DNA of 64,000 nt from Pedobacter sp. GTDB taxonomy: Bacteria; Desulfobacterota; Desulfuromonadia; Desulfuromonadales; Syntrophotaleaceae. The first letter of the stretch is position 1. Each line of letters opens with the position of its first letter. A model generated the notes under the pieces. That model worked only from the letters and a program-made list of their open reading frames with translations. It ran no database searches and was not told where the DNA came from. The DNA lies in NCBI GenBank assembly GCA_050253415.1, contig JBFWJC010000001.1, positions 1,384,679-1,448,678 on the forward strand, written 5' to 3'. The translations under genes and the position numbers were made by a program. Shown here piece by piece: positions 37,086 to 48,850 of this stretch.

Positions 37086-38327
37086 TTACCTTTTTAACAA
37101 GTTCGGTAATGGTTCTAAGTAGTCGAAATTACATGAGGTCCAGTAAACGACAATTTTTGCAAAAATCACCAGGGAAAGTTGAGCGATTCTGTGGCACACA
37201 CCGGGCATGGCCGGCAAATGGTTGCTCCAGCGCGGCAGAAAGACAAGGATGCCGAACACTCCGGCGAAAGAAAGTTGAAACGATGGCGTGAACAGACTCA
37301 TGGGGGTTGCCACAAGGATGGCGAGGGCAATGGCCAGGGCCGCATGCAAGGGATTGCAACAGCGACGCACCCAAAGCAGGCCCGCCACTACGGCGGCGGC
37401 TAACCAGGCGCGTATGGCCGGCAGGGCTTGACCGGTCAATTGCAGGTAACACCATAGTGCCGGTAGCAGCAAAACAGGCAACAAACGGCGCGGTGGTAGC
37501 GCCAGCAGGAGTTTTTCACTGTGGCGCATGATGGCCAGTAGCGCCAGATATCCGACTGCGGCAACCAGCCCAAGGTGAAATCCGGAAATCGAAAACAGGT
37601 GGGACAGCCCCATGCCGGCAAGACGCGCACGTTGAGTTTTGTTCAACATATCTTTGTCGCCAATGATCAGGGCGCGCACCAATGCTTCCTGGTCTTTGTC
37701 CGGTACAGAGTATGCGATGAGCTTTCCTATGCGTGTACGCAGCCCGGTCAGAGGGGAAGGGCTGGTGTTCTGCAGTAGCGCGATGCCGGTGTCGTCCGGC
37801 AAAAACCCGGTAAATTGCAGGCCGCTGGCAGCCAGGTGTCGTGGATAGTCGAATTCACCGGGGGTGCCGAACCGTCGTGGAATGTGCAAGCGGGTGCGCA
37901 CCGCCAGTTCTTCGCCGCGGATAAAACTGCGCTCCGATTTTTCTATCTGCAAGCGCATGCCGCCTGACGCAGTAACAGGATGGCGATTCTGCAAAACATG
38001 GTGAATCCAAAGATCCAGTTGTTTGCTTCCATCGGGCCGGGATCGGGTCCGCAAAACACGGACATAGAGCGTATGCGGCGTTTTTTCGGAAAGGGATTGT
38101 AAAACGACTGTTTCGGGTGGCGGGCTGCTCTGGAGGTGGTAGTTGGAATAGCCGAAAGCCAGCATCAGAAAACAGAGCAAACAGGCTGCTCCTATGGCGT
38201 TCCGCAATGGCAACCATGCGATCGCCAGCACAACCGGCAACAGCAGGTGCCATGCCGGCGGCGGGATCGCCAGAGCCAACAGTAATCCCGTTGCATACGC
38301 CGCTGTCAGGGTGGGCAGATTAATCAT
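37086..38327 (-). pseudogene. comEC: ComEC/Rec2 competence protein, 3'-truncated at the island boundary (about 37168)
   Basis: PGEFDY, LIIGD, GLSHLFSISGFHLG, PSFQLSF; homology ends at RIAQLSLV, then about 26 junk codons from AT-rich DNA; remaining TM helices and beta-lactamase domain missing. Confidence 0.88.
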
Positions 38328-38420
38328 GTCGGGGGAAAGCCTCTCGCTTGTGCAGTGCGGGTGGCAGGTATTGGTCAGTAAGGGGAACCTGGCGATCTGT
38401 CCATAGGACGCAGAGCGAGA

Positions 38421-38603
38421 TTAGCAACCATTTATTTTCTGTGCAAGTTTTTTCAACGCCGCCCAGGTACTGCGATGTTGCTGGTCAGGGGAGCGTTGGC
38501 AGAAATCCACGGTTTTGCGATGCCTTTCGCGGTTAGCTGGCGCGGGCGTCGGCGGGAAAAATCCGGCGTAAAGAAATCCGATCAGCAACAGTAATTCGAA
38601 CAT
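38421..38603 (-). CDS. Small hypothetical membrane-anchored protein
   Basis: AGAGAGG RBS; MFELLLLIGFLYAGFF hydrophobic N-terminus. Confidence 0.4.
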   Translation of the reverse strand: MFELLLLIGFLYAGFFPPTPAPANRERHRKTVDFCQRSPDQQHRSTWAALKKLAQKINGC

Positions 38604-38764
38604 GGGGCACCTCTCTTTTTTTGGTGTTCCCAGTTTGCGGTATCGGTGTGACATAATATGTCGCAAGTATGCAAGGCGCCACTTTCCACAAATACAAAAA
38701 AGGGCACCGGTTATCCCGGTGCCCCTGATGAAATAGTGCTTGAAAGTGACGGTCCTCGTTTGAA

Positions 38765-39670
38765 TCAGCCGTTGCCCATGAACGATTCGCAGGCTTGCGC
38801 GAAAGCTTCGGGAATATCCTGCAGGATATCGTCGATATGGTCCTCTTCCAGTTCAAGAGTCGCGGCACAGGGATTATCGTCAATATTGATGTCTGCCTGG
38901 GGAACCCTCTGGCCGAAGCCAAGTCGCATGCAGAAAGTACCTCCAAGATTGACCAGAGCGGCGAGGGTGCTGGCCCGTTGTCCGACCTTTTCGGAGGGAG
39001 GCGGTTCGTTATGGTATAGCGTGCTGGCCACCAGGTGGGGAGCAAGGTTCCATTGGTGCAACATGGCGGCTCCGATGGCGGCATGGCTGTAAGGAAAATA
39101 CTTGTGTTCAAGTACGGCGAGTTCTCCTTCACCGTTGTAAGCTCCCTGAACCAGTTGCGAATATTTTTCGCTGTCAAGATTGTTCATGGCGATTTTGCCG
39201 ATATGTCGCAGCAGCCCGCCAAGGAAAGCTTCCTCCGGATCGAAACAGCGGGTTTTCCTGGCGATTTCCCGGGAACAGAGGGCACAACCGATGGCGTCTT
39301 CCAATAGGAGTTTCTCGATCAGGCCGAATCGTTTGTTCATGCTCTTGACGCCAGCAGCCAATACCAGGCTTTTAATGGTGGCCAGTCCCAGCATCGAGAC
39401 TGCGCCTTCCAGGTTGCTGATCTGGCGCTGGAAACTGTAGTAGGAACTGTTGGCTACCTTTAACACGCTGGCAGCGACCACGGGGTCCCTGGCGATGACC
39501 TCGGAAATGCTTCTGGCGCTCCAGTCGGGATCTTCTGTGGCGATGAGAAAGTCGCAGACAATGTCGGTCATGGACGGAAGATCCTGAGCGGCCGCCAGTG
39601 CGCAGGCCAGTTCCGGATCGGATTCAGCCCATGCGGTGAATGATTCGGTGGTCAGTTGCGTGGAACTCAT
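38765..39670 (-). CDS. HDOD domain protein
   Basis: I..DP.....LKVANS.YY, A...LG, EAFL.GLL.HIG, HA..GA....WNL. Confidence 0.88.
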   Translation of the reverse strand: MSSTQLTTESFTAWAESDPELACALAAAQDLPSMTDIVCDFLIATEDPDWSARSISEVIARDPVVAASVLKVANSSYYSFQRQISNLEGAVSMLGLATIKSLVLAAGVKSMNKRFGLIEKLLLEDAIGCALCSREIARKTRCFDPEEAFLGGLLRHIGKIAMNNLDSEKYSQLVQGAYNGEGELAVLEHKYFPYSHAAIGAAMLHQWNLAPHLVASTLYHNEPPPSEKVGQRASTLAALVNLGGTFCMRLGFGQRVPQADINIDDNPCAATLELEEDHIDDILQDIPEAFAQACESFMGNG

Positions 39671-39756
39671 GGTTTATTCCTTCATGGATATCATCGGTTG
39701 AAAGTTTCGACAGGGCCAGATTAACGGTCCCTGTACTATCCGTCAACGGTTTTCAG

Positions 39757-40854
39757 TTAGAACTTGAAACGCCGCATGCTGATGTTGAGCAGCAGGCCAA
39801 TACCGGTCATGGTCGTAATCATGCTGGTGCCCCCGTAGGAAAACAGCGGCAGGGGGACGCCTACGACCGGTAAAAGCCCGATGACCATGCCCAGGTTGAT
39901 GACAATGTGAAAGAACAGCATGGCACTCACACCAAAAGCCAGAAACATGCCAAACCGCGTCGAGGCTTGGCGCGCTATATTAAGTCCGCAGATCACAAGC
40001 AGCAGAAACAATGTCAGCAGGAGGAGACAGCCTGCAAAACCCCATTCTTCGGCAAACACGGAGAAAGCGAAATCCGTGTGACGTTCAGGGAGGAAAGAGA
40101 GTTGCGACTGGGTGCCTTTCATAAAACCCTTGCCCCAGAAACCTCCACTGCCGACGGCTATTTTGGACTGGATGATATGGTAGCCTGAACCCAGAGGATC
40201 ACTTTCCGGGTTGAGAAAGGTCAGGATGCGCTGTTTCTGATAATTGTGCAGCAAAAACCAGCCTCCCGTGGCAGCGCTGCCGGCCATCACTCCAAGTCCT
40301 GCCAGGGTGGCCGGGCGAATGCCTGCAAACAGTGCCATGGATGCCCCGATCATAAGAACAATCATGGCCGTGCCGAGGTCCGGTTGTTTCATGATCAACA
40401 ATGCCGGCAGGGACAACAGGATAAAAGGTGCCCACAACTCGCGGAAGGAATAGCCCAAAGGCTGCTCGCGACGGCTGAAAAAAAACGCCAGCGTAATAAT
40501 AATAACAATTTTCATCAGTTCGCTGGGTTGCAGATTGAAAACTTTGAGATCGAGCCAGCGCGTGGCTCCCATGGATGTGCGGCCGACGAGCAGTACCAGA
40601 AGGAGTAACACCAGGTTTCCGATGTAAAGAAAAAAGGCCAGGTGTTCCAGTCGTCGGTAGTCGATGGCACAGATAACCGTGACCAAAACCATACCGCCCC
40701 CGAGCCAGGAAAGTTGTTTGATAGAAAAGGGCGCTGCAGGTGATGTCCACGATGATGTAACGCTGATCAGGTTTAATATACCGAGTCCCGCGATCATCAG
40801 AACAACCAGGACCAGACCCCAATCGAAATGTGTAAGAAGACGGCGGTCAAACAT
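39757..40854 (-). CDS. rodA: Rod shape-determining protein RodA
   Basis: GATRW, QPSE, QPDLGT, DPLGSGYH, LPERHTDF, PLFSYGG; downstream of PBP2. Confidence 0.96.
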   Translation of the reverse strand: MFDRRLLTHFDWGLVLVVLMIAGLGILNLISVTSSWTSPAAPFSIKQLSWLGGGMVLVTVICAIDYRRLEHLAFFLYIGNLVLLLLVLLVGRTSMGATRWLDLKVFNLQPSELMKIVIIITLAFFFSRREQPLGYSFRELWAPFILLSLPALLIMKQPDLGTAMIVLMIGASMALFAGIRPATLAGLGVMAGSAATGGWFLLHNYQKQRILTFLNPESDPLGSGYHIIQSKIAVGSGGFWGKGFMKGTQSQLSFLPERHTDFAFSVFAEEWGFAGCLLLLTLFLLLVICGLNIARQASTRFGMFLAFGVSAMLFFHIVINLGMVIGLLPVVGVPLPLFSYGGTSMITTMTGIGLLLNISMRRFKF

Positions 40855-40859
40855 AATAA

Positions 40860-42806
40860 TTACTCACTGGTAACGGGCTGCGGTACAACGGGCTGCGGTA
40901 CAACGGGCTGCGGTACAACGGGCTGCGGTACAACGGGCTGCGGTACAACGGGCTGCGGTACAACGGGCTGCGGTGCAACGGGCGGTTTGTCCAGCCCGAA
41001 ATAATGGGCGATGATAGCTTTGGCGATGGGCGCGGCGGCGCTGCTACCGTGACTGCCGTGTTCGACCACTACCGCCACGGCGATCTGGGGGTTCTTGGCT
41101 GGCGCATAGGCGGCGAACAGGGCATGATCGCGAAACCGGTAAGGGATGAGGTTTTCATCTTTTTTCTGATCGCGCAGTTTGACAACCTGGGCGGTGCCGG
41201 TTTTTCCGGCATATGGCAGCATCTCGAGGCGACTCGCCCACGCTGTTCCTCCCGGTTCGTTGACAACCGCTTCCAGTCCACTCCGCACTGCCTCCAGATG
41301 TGGGGCCGGCAGTGCGTTTCGATGGAGGATTTCAGGTTCGGTATTCTGCACGGAATCGTTAAACGTATCTTCAATGCGTTTGATGATGTGGGGGCGAAAT
41401 ACCGTTCCGCCATTGGCAACGGCTGCTGTCATGGTGGCCAGTTGCAGCGGGGTAGTCAGAATGTAGCCCTGTCCGATCCCTGCATTAAGGGTTTCGCCAC
41501 GATACCAGCTGGAGCCATAGCGTTTCTTTTTCCAGGCACGATCAGGAATTAAACCATTTTTTTCCATTTCCATGGGCAGCCCCAGAGCACTTCCAAGTCC
41601 GAGTTCGCGTGCCATGGCCGCAATCCGGTCGATCCCGACATCGAGGGCTACTTTGTAAAACCAGACGTCGCAACTTTCTTTAAGAGCTTTGTGCAAATTC
41701 GTGGTGCCATGCCCACCACGTTTCCAGCAGCGAAAGGTGTGATTGCCGAGAGTAAACGATCCTTCGCAAAGTACGCTGGTGCTCGGGGTAGCGACTCCGG
41801 CTTTGAGGGCCGCCAGAGCCGTGACGATTTTAAAAATGGAGCCCGGTGGATATTGTCCGCTGATGGCCCGGTTCTGGAGAGGGTTCAGGGGGTTGTTTTG
41901 CAGATCATGCCATTCTTTGGTGGTCAAGCCCCGGGCGAACTGAGCCGGGTCGAAAGTCGGTTGACTCGTCATGGCAAGGATCTCACCGGTGTGAACATCC
42001 AGTACAACGGCTGCTCCGGCCTGACCGTTGAAAGCGTTTTCCGCCACCTGCTGCAAAGATGCCTGGAGAGTCAGGGTCAGATTGTTGCCAGGTTGCGGAT
42101 CCTGGGTTTTAAGGATACGCATGGTTTTACCTTTAACGTCGACCTCTACCCGTCGTTCGCCGTCGATGCCGCACAAAACCGGCTCCATCTTCCTTTCAAG
42201 CCCGGCCTTGCCGACGACGTCCCCGGGTCGATACCCTTTGAATTCCGGCATGCTCAGATCTTTATCCGTGATTTCACCAAGGTAGCCAAGCAGATGAGGG
42301 GCAAGAGGCCCCAGCGGAAATGATCGTACCGGGCGGGTTTCCATGAGCACGCCGGGAAGGTCAACGCCATTTTCCAGAATTTTTTCCAGGGTGTCGCGAT
42401 CGACGTCCCACGCCAGGGGGATCGGGCGATATTGGGGCAGCCGTTTGCCTGAATTCCAGCGCTTTAGCAGTTCTTCGCGATCGACAGAGAGAAATCCGGA
42501 CAGTCGCTGCAGAAGAATGTCCGGGTTGTCGACTTCCTGGCGCAGGACTGCGACATCAAAGGCCGGTCGATTGTCGGCCAGCAGGTTGCCCTCGCGATCA
42601 AAGATACGCCCGCGTTGCGCCGTGATAGGGATGTAGCGCGTACGGTTTCTCTCTGACAGGGTCCGATAATGGTCGTCGCTGATAATCTGCAACTGCCAGA
42701 GGCGCAGTAAAAGAAGGAGGAAAATGATGGCTGCCGCTACCGAAGCCAGTGCAAAGCGTTTACGGGTATAGGGGGACGGCCAGTCGGTCTGGAAGTCGTG
42801 ATTCAA
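40860..42806 (-). CDS. mrdA: Penicillin-binding protein 2
   Basis: RG.I.DR.G, PGSIFK (SxxK), SCD, KTGTAQ. Confidence 0.96.
   Translation of the reverse strand: MNHDFQTDWPSPYTRKRFALASVAAAIIFLLLLLRLWQLQIISDDHYRTLSERNRTRYIPITAQRGRIFDREGNLLADNRPAFDVAVLRQEVDNPDILLQRLSGFLSVDREELLKRWNSGKRLPQYRPIPLAWDVDRDTLEKILENGVDLPGVLMETRPVRSFPLGPLAPHLLGYLGEITDKDLSMPEFKGYRPGDVVGKAGLERKMEPVLCGIDGERRVEVDVKGKTMRILKTQDPQPGNNLTLTLQASLQQVAENAFNGQAGAAVVLDVHTGEILAMTSQPTFDPAQFARGLTTKEWHDLQNNPLNPLQNRAISGQYPPGSIFKIVTALAALKAGVATPSTSVLCEGSFTLGNHTFRCWKRGGHGTTNLHKALKESCDVWFYKVALDVGIDRIAAMARELGLGSALGLPMEMEKNGLIPDRAWKKKRYGSSWYRGETLNAGIGQGYILTTPLQLATMTAAVANGGTVFRPHIIKRIEDTFNDSVQNTEPEILHRNALPAPHLEAVRSGLEAVVNEPGGTAWASRLEMLPYAGKTGTAQVVKLRDQKKDENLIPYRFRDHALFAAYAPAKNPQIAVAVVVEHGSHGSSAAAPIAKAIIAHYFGLDKPPVAPQPVVPQPVVPQPVVPQPVVPQPVVPQPVVPQPVTSE
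40872..40983. repeat. 15-bp tandem repeat (AACGGGCTGCGGTAC) x7 plus partial, encoding the (PQPVV)n tail of PBP2
   Basis: Six identical copies, one single-mismatch copy and a partial copy. Confidence 0.95.
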
Positions 42807-42819
42807 AAGATTCGCCCTC

Positions 42820-43302
42820 CTACCGGTGTCGGCGATAGCGGCTCAACCAGTCTGAGCATTGCAGAAAAAGCAATCCCGCGAGCAGATTGACGAGCAATTG
42901 TCCCGGCATGGCGGTAAGGACCTGGCGCCAATATGTGCCGTGTTCGGCAAGGAAGCCCAGGGTGAAAATTAATATCAGTCCCTGCAGAAGCGTGCTGGAA
43001 AAAACCAGAAATAGCAACAATACCGGACTTTCGCTGTTAAGGTGACCGGCAATGCTCCTCACCATCAGATACAGGATAAGGTAGACCAATCCGTATAATC
43101 CCAGACTTGCACCGGACAGGCCATCCTGCAAGCATCCCAACAGCCAGGCTACCGGGCCGCCAAAAATCACTTTCTCCCGAAGGCCAAGGGTTAAAACCAG
43201 GAGTAGCAGCAGGTTGGGTTTCAGGAAAAACGTCGGGGGTACCAGGGTCTCAGCTACCGTAAACATAAGGCCGAGTGTAAGGTAGATGAACATCGCTCTC
43301 AT
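42820..43302 (-). CDS. mreD: Rod shape-determining protein MreD
   Basis: Hydrophobic 160 aa, G.LQD..SG..LG, between mreC and mrdA. Confidence 0.88.
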   Translation of the reverse strand: MRAMFIYLTLGLMFTVAETLVPPTFFLKPNLLLLLVLTLGLREKVIFGGPVAWLLGCLQDGLSGASLGLYGLVYLILYLMVRSIAGHLNSESPVLLLFLVFSSTLLQGLILIFTLGFLAEHGTYWRQVLTAMPGQLLVNLLAGLLFLQCSDWLSRYRRHR

Positions 43303-44117
43303 GGACTGTTTTCCAGTAGTACCAGAACTTCTTCCAGACGGGAGAAGTTGACAGCGGGGCTTACGACCACGCTCTGGAACAGATCAAGTTCGTTCGTCTG
43401 GATAAGGCTTACGGTTCCAACGGCTAAGCCTTTTGGGAAAATGCCGCCGTTGCCGGAGGTGATGATGCGGTCGCCGGTAACGATATCTTCCTTGGTTAAA
43501 GCAAAATCAAGGGTCAGAGACTGACCTCGCCCTCGGCAGATTCCCCTGGCGCGGCTTCGCTGCACCAGTACGGCCATGGCCGAGGAGGCATCGGTGGCGA
43601 GAAGAACCCGCGATTGCCGGCCTGAACAGCGTATAATGCGGCCGACCACCCCTTCCGGAACCATAACCGGCAATCCCTCATGCAGGCCATCTTCCAGGCC
43701 CCTGTCGATGATAACAGTCTGAAACAAGCTGGTGGCATCTTCGGCTATGACGCGGGCCGGCAAGGTTGGCATATCCAATTGTTCACGCAGAGCAAGAAGT
43801 GCGCTGAGCCGTTGGTTCTCCAGCCGGATCTCGCTGACTTGATCGAGCTTGTTGCGCAACCAACGGTTTTCGTCAAACAATCGGTCATTTTCCCGACTGG
43901 TATCGATGAGCCACAGGTAGTGCTGCCACAGGCTGCTTATGGTATCTGTTGAGGTGTCAAATCCGCGCTGCAGGGGGCTGGCCAGGAACAGGATGGCTTT
44001 TTCAAACAGGGTTGTTTCAGGCTGTTTTCGCAAGCGTGAAGAATAGATCAGCAGGGCGGTCATGACTAAGCAGACGACCAACAGTGGGGTGCGGTATTTT
44101 CGGATCAACTCCAGCAT
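43299..44117 (-). CDS. mreC: Rod shape-determining protein MreC
   Basis: TM, coiled coil (EN.RL..LL), ID.G..DG, GVVGR, TSG.GGIFP.G. Confidence 0.93.
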   Translation of the reverse strand: MLELIRKYRTPLLVVCLVMTALLIYSSRLRKQPETTLFEKAILFLASPLQRGFDTSTDTISSLWQHYLWLIDTSRENDRLFDENRWLRNKLDQVSEIRLENQRLSALLALREQLDMPTLPARVIAEDATSLFQTVIIDRGLEDGLHEGLPVMVPEGVVGRIIRCSGRQSRVLLATDASSAMAVLVQRSRARGICRGRGQSLTLDFALTKEDIVTGDRIITSGNGGIFPKGLAVGTVSLIQTNELDLFQSVVVSPAVNFSRLEEVLVLLENSP

Positions 44118-44137
44118 GCAATACCCTGTTGCGTAAT

Positions 44138-44166
44138 GCAAAAGAGGGCGTAGCGCCCTCTTTTGC
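44138..44166. terminator. Terminator-like hairpin between mreB and mreC
   Basis: GCAAAAGAGGGCG-TAG-CGCCCTCTTTTGC perfect 13-bp stem. Confidence 0.7.
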
Positions 44167-44193
44167 CGAAAATGCTATGTTGCCCCGGAAGTG

Positions 44194-45327
<1,134 letters not shown>

Positions 45328-45436
45328 CTATTTCAAGAGACAAAAGGAGAAATGGGTTGCAATTCCAAGGCCGATTGACTAACATTTGCCTTTATTTTTG
45401 CCCATCTGAAACATTCATGTAAAGGAGCTCACCAAT

Positions 45437-47386
45437 ATGCTGGACCTGATTCGGAAAAAGCAGCGGTCAGTACTTGTTAAAATAGTCTTCTGGACGATTA
45501 TTGCCGCTTTTATAGGAACCATTTTTCTGGTCTGGGGAAAGGGGAGCGGTGGCCCAAGTGGTGCGGATAACTCCGCCGTGCATGTGAACGGGGATCCTAT
45601 CAGTTATCAGGATTTCCAAATGGCCTACCAGAACCTGCGCCAGGATATGGAGCAGCGCTTCGGTCGCAGCCTGCCACCGGAAATCGAGAAGCAGCTGCAG
45701 CTGAATAATCAGGCCTACGATCAGCTTCTCAGCCGGGTGTTGTTGCTGCAGGAAGCCGACCGCCGCGATATCGAGGTCAGTAAGGACGAATTGCGTCAGG
45801 CGATTGCCGACATCCCTGCTTTTCAGAAGGATGGGCAGTTCGACCGTAATCTTTATGCGCAGGTTCTCCAATATCAGCATCTCACTTCCAAGGGTTTTGA
45901 ACGCAATATGCGCGAACAGCTGCAGATCACCAAAGTGGTCGAGGCTGTCAAGCAGGAGGCCGAGGTTAGCGAGCAGGATATCGAACAGGAATTTCGTAAT
46001 CGTAATGAAAAGATCGATCTGGCCTATGTGAAGTTTGCCGCCGGAGCTTATGAGAGCAAGGTGGTGGTGATCGATGAAGCGCTGCAGGCGTATTATCAAG
46101 ACCATCGTGAAGATTTCCGGCAACCCGAAAAGCTCGCCCTTCGCTATCTGCGGTTTGAGCCCGATTCTTTTGCAAAAGATGTGACCCTCGATGAAGCAGC
46201 TATCGAGGCTTATTATGAAAAACACAAGGATCAGTTCTGGGTGGCCGAGCAGGTCAAGGCTTCGCATATCCTGTTTCGCGTTACTCCGGCTATGGATGAG
46301 GCTGATCACCAGAAAAAGCGTGCCCTGGCTGAAAAGGTCCTCGAAATGGCCAAGTCCGGCAAAGATTTCGCCGGACTGGCACGTAAATACTCGGATGATG
46401 CCGGCAGCGCGATCAAAGGCGGCGAACTCGGTTATTTTACCCGTGGAAGCATGGTGCCCGATTTCGAAAACGTGGCGTTTGGCCTCAAGCCCGGGGAAAT
46501 CAGCGATATCGTCGAAACTTCGTTCGGCTATCACATCATAAAATGCGAAGGTTACATCAAGGCTGAGACCAAGCCCTTGGTGGATGTTCGCGATGAAGTG
46601 CGTAGCAGCCTTCGCAGCGAACTGGCCCGGCAGATGGCGCTGGACAAGGCCATGGAAGCCTACAGCGCTCACCGTCAGGACGGCGACATCGACGCCGCTG
46701 CTTTGGCCAATGGCCTCGAGGTTCGCGAAACCGGTCTTTTCGCGCGTGGTGACGCCATCGACGGATTGGGCACCGATGACGATATTACCGTAGCAGCCTT
46801 TGCCCTTAAGGACGGAGAACTGGCTCGACCGATGGTGCGTGAGCAGGGTGTGATTACCTTTGTCGTCAAGGAGCGTCATGCCAGTGTCGTTCCGGAGTTG
46901 GCCGAGGTACGCGCCGACGTAGAGCGGGCCTATCGCAGTCAGGAAAGCGTTGGGCTGGCCCGACAGGCAGCCGAGGATCTCCTGGTTGAACTCAAAGCCG
47001 GTAAGAAACTGGTCGACCTGGCCCTCAAGGAGAAGCTTGAAATTGGGGAAACCGGCTTTTTCCCGCATTCCTACGGCGATTTTATTCCGCGAATCGGCAA
47101 CTCCGAAACCTTGTCCAAGGCAGCTTTCGCCCTGACCATGAAGGCGCCGGTGGCCCCGGAGGTTTTTGTTGTCGACGATCGTTTCATCGTGGCGACCCTG
47201 ATCCATCGCCAGGAGGCCGACCCTGCACAATTAACCGAGGCGACCCGCGAAGAACTACGTACTTCCCTGTTGGCCAGCAAACGTGAAAAATTGTTGGTCG
47301 ATCTTATTCAAACCCTCAAGAGTGAAGCCAAGATCGAGGTCGAGCCGACCTTGAAAAATATTTTGGAAGGTGAAAAAGCTTTATGA
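45437..47386 (+). CDS. ppiD: PpiD/SurA-like parvulin peptidyl-prolyl isomerase
   Basis: N-terminal TM, SurA_N region, ASHIL..FA.LA..YSDD..GG.LG.F..G.MV..FE..FGYHII. Confidence 0.85.
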   Translation: MLDLIRKKQRSVLVKIVFWTIIAAFIGTIFLVWGKGSGGPSGADNSAVHVNGDPISYQDFQMAYQNLRQDMEQRFGRSLPPEIEKQLQLNNQAYDQLLSRVLLLQEADRRDIEVSKDELRQAIADIPAFQKDGQFDRNLYAQVLQYQHLTSKGFERNMREQLQITKVVEAVKQEAEVSEQDIEQEFRNRNEKIDLAYVKFAAGAYESKVVVIDEALQAYYQDHREDFRQPEKLALRYLRFEPDSFAKDVTLDEAAIEAYYEKHKDQFWVAEQVKASHILFRVTPAMDEADHQKKRALAEKVLEMAKSGKDFAGLARKYSDDAGSAIKGGELGYFTRGSMVPDFENVAFGLKPGEISDIVETSFGYHIIKCEGYIKAETKPLVDVRDEVRSSLRSELARQMALDKAMEAYSAHRQDGDIDAAALANGLEVRETGLFARGDAIDGLGTDDDITVAAFALKDGELARPMVREQGVITFVVKERHASVVPELAEVRADVERAYRSQESVGLARQAAEDLLVELKAGKKLVDLALKEKLEIGETGFFPHSYGDFIPRIGNSETLSKAAFALTMKAPVAPEVFVVDDRFIVATLIHRQEADPAQLTEATREELRTSLLASKREKLLVDLIQTLKSEAKIEVEPTLKNILEGEKAL

Positions 47387-48273
47387 TACCGATAGTTCTG
47401 CAGACCAATTTTCCCGGACTCAAACTGGTTAATCAAGGCAAGGTGCGCGACATATACGACCTTGGCGAGCATCTGTTAATTGTGACCAGTGATCGTATTT
47501 CCGCGTTCGATGTGGTGATGAACGAAGGGATTCCTTATAAGGGATTTGTTTTGACCCAGATCTCCAAATTCTGGTTTGATACCTTCGCGGACATCGTGCC
47601 CCATCATCTTGTTGCCACCGAAGTGGATGATTTCCCGGTGGAAACCCACCCTTACAGGGATCAGCTCGAAGGGCGCAGCATGCTTGTGCGCAAGGCCAGT
47701 CCCCTGCCTATCGAGTGTATCGTGCGTGGCTATCTGGCCGGTTCGGGATGGAAAGAGTATCGCGAGCAGGGCACGGTGTGCGGTATCGCGCTGCCGGCCG
47801 GCATGGTTGAAAGCCAGAAGTTGCCTGAGCCGATCTTTACGCCGTCGACCAAGGCCGAGCTTGGAGCCCATGACGAAAATATCTCGTTTGAACGGGCTGC
47901 CGAACTCTGCGGTGAGGATCTTGCCAGACAGGTGCGCGACGTGGCGCTGACCATCTATGGCCGGGCGCGCGATACCATGGCCGCCAAGGGTATTATCGTT
48001 GCCGATACCAAATTCGAATTCGGTCTTAGGGACGGCCGCCTGATGTGGATCGACGAGGCTTTGACGCCAGATTCTTCCCGCTTCTGGCCTCAGGATCAAT
48101 ATCGCCAGGGAGGTTCCCAGCCCAGTTTCGACAAACAATTCCTGCGGGATTATCTGGAAACTCTGGACTGGAACAAGCAGGCTCCGGCGCCGGCTTTGCC
48201 CGACGATATCGTGCTTAAAACCTCGGATAAATATCTCGAGGCGCTATTCCGTATTACCGGACAAAAACCCTGA
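47383..48273 (+). CDS. purC: SAICAR synthetase
   Basis: [38 protein letters not shown]. Confidence 0.97.
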   Translation: MIPIVLQTNFPGLKLVNQGKVRDIYDLGEHLLIVTSDRISAFDVVMNEGIPYKGFVLTQISKFWFDTFADIVPHHLVATEVDDFPVETHPYRDQLEGRSMLVRKASPLPIECIVRGYLAGSGWKEYREQGTVCGIALPAGMVESQKLPEPIFTPSTKAELGAHDENISFERAAELCGEDLARQVRDVALTIYGRARDTMAAKGIIVADTKFEFGLRDGRLMWIDEALTPDSSRFWPQDQYRQGGSQPSFDKQFLRDYLETLDWNKQAPAPALPDDIVLKTSDKYLEALFRITGQKP

Positions 48274-48295
48274 TAGTTTTATTTGGTGCGAACAC

Positions 48296-48333
48296 ACAAG
48301 GGCGCGCTCCTGGTACCAGGAGCGCGCCCTTGT
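48296..48333. terminator. 38-bp perfect palindrome between convergent genes, probable bidirectional terminator
   Basis: ACAAGGGCGCGCTCCTGGT|ACCAGGAGCGCGCCCTTGT. Confidence 0.75.
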
Positions 48334-48360
48334 TGTTTGTGTCGACCATAAACGCTTGTC

Positions 48361-48630
48361 TCAGCCTTCCCAGAACAGATAGTGGGGCGCTTCTCGCAAA
48401 AGTTCGAGGCACTCTTCAATGGTGCCGGTAAACTCGAAACGGCGCCAGCGATCCCGATTGAGGAAAAAATCCATCTTCCAGCGGCCATCCTGCAAGGCGG
48501 GCCGCAGACGCGCAAAATCCCCCCAGTCGCAAGTTAGATGGATCTGGGCACCATCCTTGTAGGCTTTGTAGTCGGCCAAGGCTTTATGTGTTTGCAATAG
48601 TTTTCTGATGTTATCCAGGTGCTGATACAT
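48361..48630 (-). CDS. Hypothetical protein
   Basis: About 89-aa ORF convergent on purC with protein-like composition; start uncertain. Confidence 0.55.
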   Translation of the reverse strand: MYQHLDNIRKLLQTHKALADYKAYKDGAQIHLTCDWGDFARLRPALQDGRWKMDFFLNRDRWRRFEFTGTIEECLELLREAPHYLFWEG

Positions 48631-48791
48631 AATCATTCTCTTGTCATGGCTCTCAGGCACTTTTTTTATGCTGATAATTTTGCCGGGAAAATGCGATTCG
48701 TCAAGTTTTGCAATATAATAACTTTATCCGGAGTGAGGTGTGAGGCTTGATAGGTGACAGGGCATGCTTTTGGGGAATTCAAAACGATAAA

Positions 48792-48824
48792 AAACGGCCG
48801 AAGTTCTGATGAACTTCGGCCGTT
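48792..48824 (-). terminator. Intrinsic terminator after purT
   Basis: AAACGGCCGAAGTTC/GAACTTCGGCCGTTT stem followed by a U-run on the minus strand. Confidence 0.75.
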
Positions 48825-48850
48825 TCTATCGGATATACAGGCTTGTGCGG

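Larger units (their letters stand above)
23036..37168 (+). mobile_element. Tn7-like transposon: tnsABCD core plus probable downstream cargo (ends not resolved)
   Basis: Complete tnsA-tnsB-tnsC-tnsD order; non-core DNA continues to the comEC breakpoint; TGT..ACA ends and a 5-bp duplication were not identified. Confidence 0.65.

Noticed and set aside
9022..37168. TGATTTT inverted match at 9022 and at the comEC junction as transposon ends
   Set aside because: Only 7 bp match; flanks (GGATG versus CCAGG) give no target duplication and no comEC remainder lies to the left
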